A stretch of 64,000 nucleotides of DNA, taken from NCBI GenBank assembly GCA_000004985.1, contig GG738857.1. One strand, 5' to 3'. This document shows positions 1 through 9,079 of the stretch, in pieces (positions within the stretch are counted from its first letter, which is position 1; each line of letters begins with the position of its first letter). The stretch is from Naegleria gruberi (Eukaryota). The notes beneath the pieces are model-generated. The model did no database searches, was not told where the DNA came from, and saw nothing but the letters and a program-made list of their open reading frames with translations. The position numbers were made by a program, and so were the translations under genes.

Positions 1-13
1 ATAATTTCTAAAT

Positions 14-355
14 ATGAAAAATTACGAAAAGTTGATTCGATTCATATCTGAAAGAGAAAAAGAAGGAATCAAGTTTGAGTTTATTCAATCACAAGAATGG
101 CACCATCATAGAATTGAATTATCAAAAGCAATTTTATCAATTCATGGACCAATACTTGGAATTTTCTACATATTTACCAACATTCTAATACGTGGATTGT
201 TATTACATTCATTATGTGGATTGATAATTGTAAAAACAGTTGAACAGAAGAGAGAAATAATTGGATATACTCTCGGACATTCGTTTAAATATTTGGGTTG
301 GAAATATCTTGTCTTTACATTAATAGGAATTCGAGATTCGTATAGGAAAAAGTAA
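14..355 (+). CDS. Hypothetical ORF at the window edge; possibly the 5' exon(s) of the downstream membrane-protein gene
   Basis: Open frame of 113 aa that ends at a GTAAGT (351-356) overlapping its stop codon. A 24-nt GT..AG segment (351-374) would join it in frame to ORF 413-1555. No recognisable domain. Confidence 0.3.
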   Translation: MKNYEKLIRFISEREKEGIKFEFIQSQEWHHHRIELSKAILSIHGPILGIFYIFTNILIRGLLLHSLCGLIIVKTVEQKREIIGYTLGHSFKYLGWKYLVFTLIGIRDSYRKK

Positions 356-412
356 GTTTGTTCAAATCCAACAGTTCACTTATTAAAACTGTTCAGATAT
401 TACGCAACTCAT

Positions 413-1555
413 ATGGTTGATTATTTAATATATCAACACAGGAATCATCTACCATACAGTGAAGTAGATGTTTTCTTCTGTAGTGACGTAAATGCCTATA
501 ATAGTCCAGTTTGGTTTCTGTGTGAGAGAGCTCAATTGCATATTTTCCAATTTTCAAAACAATTGTCTTGGTGGAGATGTTCATACTTGCTTTCTCTTGT
601 GATGATTCCTCATTTGATTCCTGGATTCTTTTTGAGAGGACGATTCATGAACAAACCTAAACCTAAACTTGAGGAAAGTCCAGTAACAAGAAAGGATGTG
701 AAATTTTACTTGAGGCTGGCTGTTAAGTATTTGAAAGATTTCTTGTTCCAATTGTTTGCACTTCCACATCTAGAGAGAAAAAAGGCGAGAATACTTTTCA
801 ACGAATCAGAATCGTACGGTTTCTTCTCATTCATTTTGGCAACTCTCTTCTCAACTCTTTGTGTGTTCATTGGAAGATGCATTGTAAATGAAGCATACAG
901 AAAGAGACCTATTCTTGTAAAGGAGAGAAATTATTTTCAATTGGTTCCTTATCAAATTGAAGAAATTGAAGAACACACCTTAATACTTTCCTTTCTATAT
1001 TTGGATATCATTGTTGCAGCAGTTTTTTCATTGATATTCCCAGTATCAAAGTTCGTTCTCCACAACATGACAAGTTTTCTTATTCGAAAGAAGTTTCTCA
1101 TTTTCAGAAAGTTTGAATTGGCCACTTTATACCTCTGTCCCGTTACGATCATTACAGGAACTCCAATAATGAGTCCATTCATTGGTAGTTTCTATGCAGC
1201 AGAATCCAAATATAATTATCAATATGAGAAAAATAAGAAAACTGCCGTATTAGTGAGATTACCATTTCTCCTTCTTTTATATTCAGTCATGATAATGAAT
1301 ATCATTCCACAATTATTAATCAGATACCAAGGAGTAGTTCTTTTGAGAGAAACCATTCAAGATGATTGGTTTATTTGGTTTTCCTATTTGGGTTATTATT
1401 GTGCTTTTTATACTTTCTTTGAGAGTGTTTGCTACATACCTGGAAGTTTCTGTTATCATGCTTTTAAAAAGAGTATTTGGTTGGGATGCTTTATTGTTAC
1501 AATTGGTGTAATATTGGAAGTTGCCTTCTTCTTTGGATTACAAAGATGGTTGTAA
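413..1555 (+). CDS. Multi-pass integral membrane protein of unknown family
   Basis: ORF of 380 aa with at least 6 hydrophobic helices, e.g. FFSFILATLFSTLCVFIG, LILSFLYLDIIVAAVFSLIF, VLVRLPFLLLLYSVMIMNIIP and IWLGCFIVTIGVILEVAFFFGL. The 5' exon structure is uncertain. Confidence 0.5.
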   Translation: MVDYLIYQHRNHLPYSEVDVFFCSDVNAYNSPVWFLCERAQLHIFQFSKQLSWWRCSYLLSLVMIPHLIPGFFLRGRFMNKPKPKLEESPVTRKDVKFYLRLAVKYLKDFLFQLFALPHLERKKARILFNESESYGFFSFILATLFSTLCVFIGRCIVNEAYRKRPILVKERNYFQLVPYQIEEIEEHTLILSFLYLDIIVAAVFSLIFPVSKFVLHNMTSFLIRKKFLIFRKFELATLYLCPVTIITGTPIMSPFIGSFYAAESKYNYQYEKNKKTAVLVRLPFLLLLYSVMIMNIIPQLLIRYQGVVLLRETIQDDWFIWFSYLGYYCAFYTFFESVCYIPGSFCYHAFKKSIWLGCFIVTIGVILEVAFFFGLQRWL

Positions 1556-1939
1556 ATTTCTCCTCTGAATTTCCTTTTGAACTAGAATCTTTTTAAAAAC
1601 AATCTTACTAGTTATGTTATCAGCACAGGCGTGTAGGAGCATTTAACTGAACTTTGAAATAACACTGACTCTGAATAAGCAAATGAGCCAAATGATTCAA
1701 CTGACTCGATATTGAAGGTTACAATGTATCAAAACAATCTTGATTAAACTGTTTATTATTCTGATTACAACATGGAAGATGATAATTCATCTACTGGAAT
1801 TGATTTTTTGATCGTACAACTACTTGGTCCCCAGTAAACTAAATTAGTCGACCTTTAAACAAACAAACAATAACCCTTTAAAATCTTGGGCTCACAAAAT
1901 TCTGTAAACTTTCAATCCCAGATATTATAAAAAAATAGA

Positions 1940-4900
1940 ATGAAACACTTGTTGGATTTCGCGTATATGGGGAGGAAATTTTCACACGTTGATCACGATG
2001 GTCAATTAGTAACAAGGGAGTTTCGCAACTGTTTATTTATTCTAATGATTGCTGCTTGGATAACAATGTTGTGGTTGCCAGCACTTGCACATGGACAACA
2101 GTTAACAAAGACATTTTACATTGATTCGCTTCATGTTTCGAATACTAATTCATTCGAATGTGGAAATTCATCAAATCCATGCACTACAGTACAAGATGCT
2201 CTCAATTATTTTGCTTCGGATAGTTACATTCTAATTCAACACCAAATTTCCACCTCCAACACCTCCACACTCACCATTCAATTAACTTTCTTCATGTTAA
2301 ATGATGAACACAATTTTTGTGGTTACAATTTAAACACAACATTTAATGATAATATTGATTATGAATTGAGTTTTATTGGAAATGGGGTTTCTACATTGAC
2401 ATGTACGAAAGGGTATGGAGAGTTGAATTTCATTGAACCTCGTTTGGATATTTCAAAAGTGTTGTTTAGTCAACTTTCGTTGATTGGAGTGGTGTTTAAT
2501 TCATGTTCTTCTATTTCATTGACAGTTGTTAATTGTTTGATAACAGATGGTGGATTTATGACTTATTATCAACTCCAAGAATGTCCCAATTACGTTGCTT
2601 CGAACAGAACTATTCGAAACTTGTACCTTTCTAATATTTCCACATGGAATGGTGTTTTTTTAATTGGAAATGCAAAGAATGGGCTTATAGAGAATATTAG
2701 ATGTGATGGAGTTAGTGCCCTCTCATTCAATAATATGGAATCCATTCAACTTTCGAATGTTCAAATGCCTGGTGATGGATTATTCTCTTCTAACAATGTA
2801 AACTCTATCAGTTTCAAGAATTTCATTTCTACTGGACCTACATTCAACATCCACATTAGAGAATTTAAATCATTCACAATGGAAAGTAGTTCCTTTCAAA
2901 ACTATAAGTATTTTCAGTCAGCTGTCAACATTGACAGAGGAGAAAGTGCCAAAATTATTGATACAACAGTTCAATATTCCAGTCAATGGCTTTCTGCTAA
3001 AACTGTTAAGAAAATTGTCATTTCCAATTTAAGATTTTTGAATAATTATGTATTGGATGTTAGAACTTCCTTTTTAAGTCCAATTTTCATTTATAGTTGT
3101 GATAGTATTAAGATTGAGAATTCTTATTTTGATGGAAATTTTGGAACTAGATCTGGTCCAGTATTTATTGATGATTATTTGAATGTTGAAGTTTCGAATA
3201 ATACATTCATGAATGGTCGATCACTTGCTTCAGGTGGTGCCCTACATTTGGATAATTATCAAGCAGAATCATTATTAGAAAAGGCGACTGTTTTGATTAA
3301 GGATAATTTATTCCTTAATAACACATGTGAAAGAGTTGGTGGAGCTGTTTGCATTAATACTGTGGTCAATTGTGTTGTTACAGGAAACAAATTTATTAGA
3401 AATCAAGCAGTGGTCACTGGAGGTGCTCTTACTATTGCTGAGCATTGTAGAGATTGCCTTATTGAATCATACTTTGAAGAAAACAAGTCAATTGGAAATT
3501 ATTTAGAATTGGATTCGAATATTGTTTTTTCACAACAACTTTGGAATCGAATTATTGGAACTGGAGGTGCTCTTGCCATTTTCACAGAACCAAGATTTTC
3601 ATTTAGGATTTATGGATCTGTATTTGTGAGAAATTATGCAGGAAAAGGAGGAGCAATCCTAATGGGACTCAATTTACCAATTTCTCTCTCACAAAAAACT
3701 CCAACTTTTGTGCAAGATTGTAAATTTGAGGGAAATTTTGCAACCAAAACTGGAAATGATATTTATGCTGTGAATTTTCAAGCTCCTTTATCATATGTTA
3801 GAACTTTTATTAATCAAACAGAGGGAAATGAATATAGTTTCTCATCTAGTCCCGCCATTTTTAGAATTGTAAAGGTTAGCACTAACAAAGTTTATCCTGG
3901 TCAACCGATTGATATTGCATTCTATGTGGAGAATATATTTGGAAGGGAGATTGATATTGCATCTCAATATGTGGTTATTGATCAATTTCCTAACATGCTT
4001 CCTTTTTTGAATTATTCAAATGTTGACAGAAAGTCACTTGTCTTGACTCCTTATTCATTAACTACTGAAATGCCAATTGTTTCTCAATTTAATTTCTCAG
4101 TTTATTCAGAAGATCAAAAATTTTCAGCTAGTTTCCAATTCGAAATGTTTCCATGCCCAAAAAAGTTTATTCTACAAAAGAATGTTGCCTATTCTAATCT
4201 GGTCTATCAATGTGTGAGTGATAATAGTTTAGATCTTTCACTAGTTCTTGGACTGACTATTCCAATTGGAATTTTATTCTTAATTGTAGGAGCAATTTTG
4301 GGAGGATTGTCAGTTTATGCTATTCGATTCACACTTACACAAATTTCAATTCTCAAGACGAAACAAAGAGCTGAGAAGAGTCTTGAACAGAGAATTATAG
4401 ACAAGAAGATCATTTTCAATTCAGATCCTTCATCTGGTACCACTCACTATTCGAAATATAGTACAAATAGTGACCTTTCGGTTCCATTAATCGAAAATGG
4501 TAGCGCAGAAAAGAGTATGGCCACTCCATCCTTTGTCATTCCAATCGAAAGCATTGATATTATCAAAAAGTTAGCAGAAGGTGGATTAGGCATAATTTAT
4601 CTTGGTAAATTATGGAAGAAAATTGATGTTGCCATCAAATTACTGAAATCAAACGATCAAGATGAAGAATTTGAACAGGAAGTTTCCCTTCTAAGTTCAT
4701 TAAGACATGATAATATTGTTACATTTTATGGTATTTGTATGTCAGATGATGCCAAGTATATGATTACAGAGTTTGTTGAAAAGGGATCATTGGATAAAGC
4801 TCTGTACAAGTCAAGGATTGGAGAGGTGTCAATGTCAATTCAAAAGAAAATGTCAATATTGATAGCGACAGCAAGAGGAATTGAATATCTTCATGGATTA

Positions 4901-5557
4901 ACACCAACAGTTGTTCATCGTGATTTGGTATGTAATATTAGTTTCACAATTTCGCAATTAACATTGTTTTTTCTCTATTGGAAGAAACCTGGTAATATCC
5001 TATTGGAAGAAAAGAATCAAGCAAAGATTTGTGATTTTGGTATTTCAAGAACTGTGTCCAATGCAACTGTCCAACAAACAGCCATGACCACTAATTTAGG
5101 TACCTTAATCTATTGTCCAAATGAAGTAATTGAAGGACCTACTTTGACTAATAAGGCAAGCAAACAAACTGCCACCAAAATTGATATCTTTAGTTTCTCC
5201 GTAATTATGTGGGAAGTTTTCTTTGAAATTATTCCTTATTCACCATCGGTAGGAAAATTAACTCCACTATTTCAGTTATCAAAAGAGGAAAATGAAATGT
5301 TGAGTATGAATTCGTTTAATATTCCTTATTTTGTGGTGAAGGGAATGAGACCATTGATTCCATTCAGAACAGATGAGCAGATTAGAGAGTGGATTGAAAG
5401 ATACATGCCTGAACAGATTCACAATTCGAATATTGTTCAATTTGTAAATCGATTCTTTGCATTGGTTCAACAAGGTTGGTCAACTGATGCAACCAAGAGA
5501 CCAAATATTACAACTGTATTACAAGAACTTGAAGAACTGAATAATCTGATCAGATAG
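1940..5557 (+). CDS. Receptor-like serine/threonine (TKL-type) protein kinase with a signal peptide, an ectodomain of parallel beta-helix (Pmp-like FxxN / GGA[ILV]) repeats, one transmembrane helix and a cytoplasmic kinase domain. It has one in-frame 57-nt intron at 4928-4984.
   Basis: N-terminal hydrophobic signal LFILMIAAWITMLWLPALAHG. Repeated motifs FMNGRSLASGGALHLDN, FLNNTCERVGGAVCINT, FIRNQAVVTGGALTIAE and FVRNYAGKGGAILMG. TM segment LVLGLTIPIGILFLIVGAILGGLSVYAI. Kinase motifs GGLGIIYLGK, VAIKLL, HRDL|KPGNILL (split by the intron GTATGT...GGAAG) and CDFGISR. Confidence 0.8.
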   Translation: MKHLLDFAYMGRKFSHVDHDGQLVTREFRNCLFILMIAAWITMLWLPALAHGQQLTKTFYIDSLHVSNTNSFECGNSSNPCTTVQDALNYFASDSYILIQHQISTSNTSTLTIQLTFFMLNDEHNFCGYNLNTTFNDNIDYELSFIGNGVSTLTCTKGYGELNFIEPRLDISKVLFSQLSLIGVVFNSCSSISLTVVNCLITDGGFMTYYQLQECPNYVASNRTIRNLYLSNISTWNGVFLIGNAKNGLIENIRCDGVSALSFNNMESIQLSNVQMPGDGLFSSNNVNSISFKNFISTGPTFNIHIREFKSFTMESSSFQNYKYFQSAVNIDRGESAKIIDTTVQYSSQWLSAKTVKKIVISNLRFLNNYVLDVRTSFLSPIFIYSCDSIKIENSYFDGNFGTRSGPVFIDDYLNVEVSNNTFMNGRSLASGGALHLDNYQAESLLEKATVLIKDNLFLNNTCERVGGAVCINTVVNCVVTGNKFIRNQAVVTGGALTIAEHCRDCLIESYFEENKSIGNYLELDSNIVFSQQLWNRIIGTGGALAIFTEPRFSFRIYGSVFVRNYAGKGGAILMGLNLPISLSQKTPTFVQDCKFEGNFATKTGNDIYAVNFQAPLSYVRTFINQTEGNEYSFSSSPAIFRIVKVSTNKVYPGQPIDIAFYVENIFGREIDIASQYVVIDQFPNMLPFLNYSNVDRKSLVLTPYSLTTEMPIVSQFNFSVYSEDQKFSASFQFEMFPCPKKFILQKNVAYSNLVYQCVSDNSLDLSLVLGLTIPIGILFLIVGAILGGLSVYAIRFTLTQISILKTKQRAEKSLEQRIIDKKIIFNSDPSSGTTHYSKYSTNSDLSVPLIENGSAEKSMATPSFVIPIESIDIIKKLAEGGLGIIYLGKLWKKIDVAIKLLKSNDQDEEFEQEVSLLSSLRHDNIVTFYGICMSDDAKYMITEFVEKGSLDKALYKSRIGEVSMSIQKKMSILIATARGIEYLHGLTPTVVHRDLVCNISFTISQLTLFFLYWKKPGNILLEEKNQAKICDFGISRTVSNATVQQTAMTTNLGTLIYCPNEVIEGPTLTNKASKQTATKIDIFSFSVIMWEVFFEIIPYSPSVGKLTPLFQLSKEENEMLSMNSFNIPYFVVKGMRPLIPFRTDEQIREWIERYMPEQIHNSNIVQFVNRFFALVQQGWSTDATKRPNITTVLQELEELNNLIR

Positions 5558-5758
5558 TTTGCTTACAATGCTAAAATAGTCTAGTTTCCAAAAAAAAACT
5601 CATCTTTAAATCACCTTTTAAATAGAAAATCCATGAATGAAATCCAAATCAAGAGTTTATCCATTTAGAAAACAAGCTAATAGCACCTGCATTTCTATTC
5701 GAAATCATTTAAATACTCAACGAAATCTTTCCTATTCGAAACAACAACAAAAAACAAA

Positions 5759-6142
5759 ATGAACAAAATCGTTTCTGTCTGCATTCTTGCTCTCCTTGTC
5801 TTATCTGCTTGCTTGGTCAACTGTCAATACAGCAACAATTATGGTACCAATTATGGTTCATATGGAGGAGCTGGTTCTAACTATGGTGTCACTGGTGGAA
5901 ATTACAATCAATATGCTCAAAATACTCAATCCTATTTGAATCAAATTAATGCAGTCAACTCAAGTCCTTACTCAAGTTATGGATCTTCATATGTTGGCCC
6001 AACAAATTATGGTACTAACTATGGAAGTGCTTACTCAATGCCATTCTATGGTGGTTATGGAGGTTATGGTGTTCCTTATTATGGTGGTTATGGTGGTTAT
6101 GGTGGATATGGTGGTTGTGTTGGTGGTGTTAGATGGTGTTAA
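5759..6142 (+). CDS. Small secreted glycine/tyrosine-rich structural protein (cell wall, spore coat or cuticle-like)
   Basis: Signal peptide MNKIVSVCILALLVLSACLVNC, followed by GYGG/NYG repeats. Ends in GYGGYGGYGGCVGGVRWC. Confidence 0.6.
   Translation: MNKIVSVCILALLVLSACLVNCQYSNNYGTNYGSYGGAGSNYGVTGGNYNQYAQNTQSYLNQINAVNSSPYSSYGSSYVGPTNYGTNYGSAYSMPFYGGYGGYGVPYYGGYGGYGGYGGCVGGVRWC
6048..6130 (+). repeat. Tandem GGTGGTTATGG-type (GYGG-coding) microsatellite-like repeat inside the CDS
   Basis: Reiterated ggtggttatgg / ggaggttatgg / ggtggatatgg units are visible in the nucleotide sequence. Confidence 0.6.
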
Positions 6143-6263
6143 ATGATTGAAAGTAATATAGAGTTTGAGAATTTGTGAAGTTTTTGAGTTTTTCAAATAA
6201 AATCTTGAAACTATTTTAGTGAAATGTATCATTGTTTACTCTTAGTTGACTAGTTCTTAAAAA

Positions 6264-7249
6264 TTAAATCATGAATAGCATAAATAACATGCAGAAAATC
6301 AATCCAATTGATGAAATGGTGATAGAAACACTTCCAGAAATTGCAATTAAATTAGTAATAAATGATCCATAATTAAATCTATCCCCATATAATTTCACAG
6401 CACAAGAAGAGCAATTATTTCTATTTTTGGACAACCAGAAAAATAAATCAGAACCATCACCCAATAAGACGTGTATCTTCTTTGATAGAATCATTGCCCA
6501 TGCATCTTTATATTCATCCAAACGAATAATTGTTGCCTTTGGACAATTAGCTGTCACGTAGGCATCAAAAGTTGAAGTGTTGGCTACTGCAATAATTAAT
6601 CCAGCTTGATTTAAATCCTTTTCAGATGTTACAATATATGTGGTATTCTCCAATTCAGTTCTTAAAATTCCAGAATAACTATATCCATAAGCACCTTTCC
6701 AAAATTAGTAATTCCATAAATATTTTTAAAACAAAACCTACATTGAAAATGAGCATTGGCACCTCTTGAATCACTATAATGAGTTGATGCTACAGCAACA
6801 TCACAAACTCCCAAATTAACTGCATTTTGCAATGCTGGAAAATATCCCAACTGATTAATGTCAATCTCTGTAACATTAGCTGTCAATTTCAATGCTGGAT
6901 ATTGTGAAACAATTTCCTCCACAATCATTTGAGAGAATTTAGTGTAGATGACTGGCCAAGGATCCAGAGCTCCTTTATCATAACAAAATACCAAATAATT
7001 TCTTGAAATGTTAAATGATGAAGGATAGGAAAGAGATGACGAGGATGAACAAGTTGGCACACCGAGGAGGAAAGTAGTTTCGATTACATTGATCCACTCG
7101 GTTTTGGCAACGACTTTGGAAGCTGCTGTGTCTATAACTCGTTGGAAATTCTGTGTAATTTGATAGGGACTGCTTTGTCCACATAGAATGGTTAATAGAA
7201 GAAAGCAGACGAAAGTGATGGTCATGGATCCAATATTATTTCGATGCAT
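6264..7249 (-). CDS. Secreted protein with a C-terminal hydrophobic tail (GPI-anchor-like). Two exons joined by a 47-nt intron at 6695-6741.
   Basis: ATG at 7249 precedes the signal peptide MHRNNIGSMTITFVCFLLLTILCGQSS (the ORF is open back to 7351). A minus-strand intron GTAGGT...AAAG joins ...AHFQC to AYGYSYSGILRTELENTTYIV. The C-terminus SITISSIGLIFCMLFMLFMI is hydrophobic. Confidence 0.5.
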
Positions 7250-9079
7250 TTTGCAAGTGTTATTGGTGGTGGGTGGTCTTTTCGTTTTTTTTTGATTAAA
7301 CAATCGAATACTCGAGCGAAACCGCAACGTGTTGAAAAGGTGATTGGCCAAATACAGAAATTAACAGATGACAGAAAGTTGGTACCACCAAAATTTAATG
7401 AGCCTGAAACAGGAAATGAAGTTTGTTAATGGAAAGCAAAAATGACACATTTTGAAGTTTCGAATAGTTTACAGTTAATTCTGAAAAGATTTGGTTATGT
7501 AAGTTATTTGTGCGCCGTATTTAGTTTCAATTGTGGAAAGTGTAAGCAATTTGTATTAATAAGCATAATTCTGTAATTGAGGGAACTATTATTGTGAGTT
7601 GTTTGATCATTTCTAATAAAAAATTTCAGCAACAGGTTCTTTGAATAGTCTAATATTTCCAGGACAGCATTTCAAACTATGTTACAAGTTAGATCATAAG
7701 CATCTCTAATTGATTGTGAAGATTTAGAAGGTTGTTCAGAGTGTGAAGATAATGTGAAATCAATTAATCAAAATAAGGGTTGACTTTTCTATAGTGGAAG
7801 AGAGTTAACATTCGGTGAATATTCTTCAGATCATCATTTGAACATTCAAAAAATCAAAAACAGCAAATTCACAATACAGATCTGTTGAATAGGTACAAGA
7901 ATGGTTATCCCATCGTTATTAAACTCCTTTTTCATGTTTTACTTGAGCTACAATCTTTTGCAATATTTGGCTCATCATGAATTTTTCTGCTCATCACGAA
8001 TATTTTATTTATTTTTTGTGATGAGAGAAAATAAGGAAATTGCTTGCTCCGATGTTTTGCAATCTTGTGTTCTCCTCAGGTCCAGTTAAAGAAGTATCAT
8101 CTTTTGAGGAAAGATGTCTAATGAAGTTAATTTTTGTGTAAGCTTGTTGTTTGTTAAGAACATCATGCAGGCCTATTAGTGAAAGTGTTAAATTCATTCA
8201 CTTCACTGTTATCCACTTGTTTAATTCATAACAATATTCTTACAGTAGATAATGATTCCTAGACAGTTTTGTACTCATTACCCAATTTTTCCTTAATTCC
8301 ATACGTTTATCTGCGCGGCTATTAAATTGATTGAATGACAATGTAGTGAAACAATGATTCTGGTCAATGCAACCAGAGGAAAACACACACCCTTTAAAAC
8401 TTGTCAAATCAACTATTGCCTAGAGTTTACAACAAGTCAAAAACCGGAAATTTATAATATGGAAAGAGTCGCATGTTTGGCATAATCTCTCGTTTTGTTA
8501 CTGCTCCTTTGTAGCTGTAAATTATGATAATTGCTAAACCGCACAACAATTAGAGGTGAAATGCATGATGATGAAAATTTTCCATCGCACTCAATAACTA
8601 GGAGAGCACAACAAGAAAAAACATTTTCCTTCGGGAAGGACCATCACTCAGAATCTTAAAAAAAAATCCCTAAACCCATCCACATTCATCATTTTGTCTC
8701 TTTTGAGGGATATTGTATCAATAGTTCCATCATTCATTTATTTATTATCAACCCAACTCAACTATTAAAGTAATAGTATATTAAACTTGTAGAATAGATT
8801 GTACAAAAGGTATGTATTTGAGTGGTGGAGAGTGTATATTTAATGAGTCTATTCATGATTTGATCATTTTTGTAATGGTTGATGATTTGTTCGTTGTATG
8901 CACTTGTCGTAATACTTGTATGGAACCTATGGATTGATAATATTGTCATGTTTTGTATGTGAAATTGTATTCATATTGAATGTTGTCCATCCACAAACAC
9001 CACAATATTCACTGCATAACACAATATATTAATCTATAAATTGCAATACTATTAATAATAATAATTGCAATTTAAATAG

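Noticed and set aside
5949-6232. ORFs 5949-6146 (+) and 6035-6232 (-) rich in M/V/T or T/I/N
   Set aside because: These are alternative-frame and antisense readings of the GGTGGTTATGG tandem repeat. They arise from repeat periodicity and are not genes.
8758-8949. Small ORFs (60-63 aa) in the 7430-9080 intergenic region
   Set aside because: They have AT-biased low-complexity translations, no homology, and no splice-compatible neighbours. They are probably non-coding.
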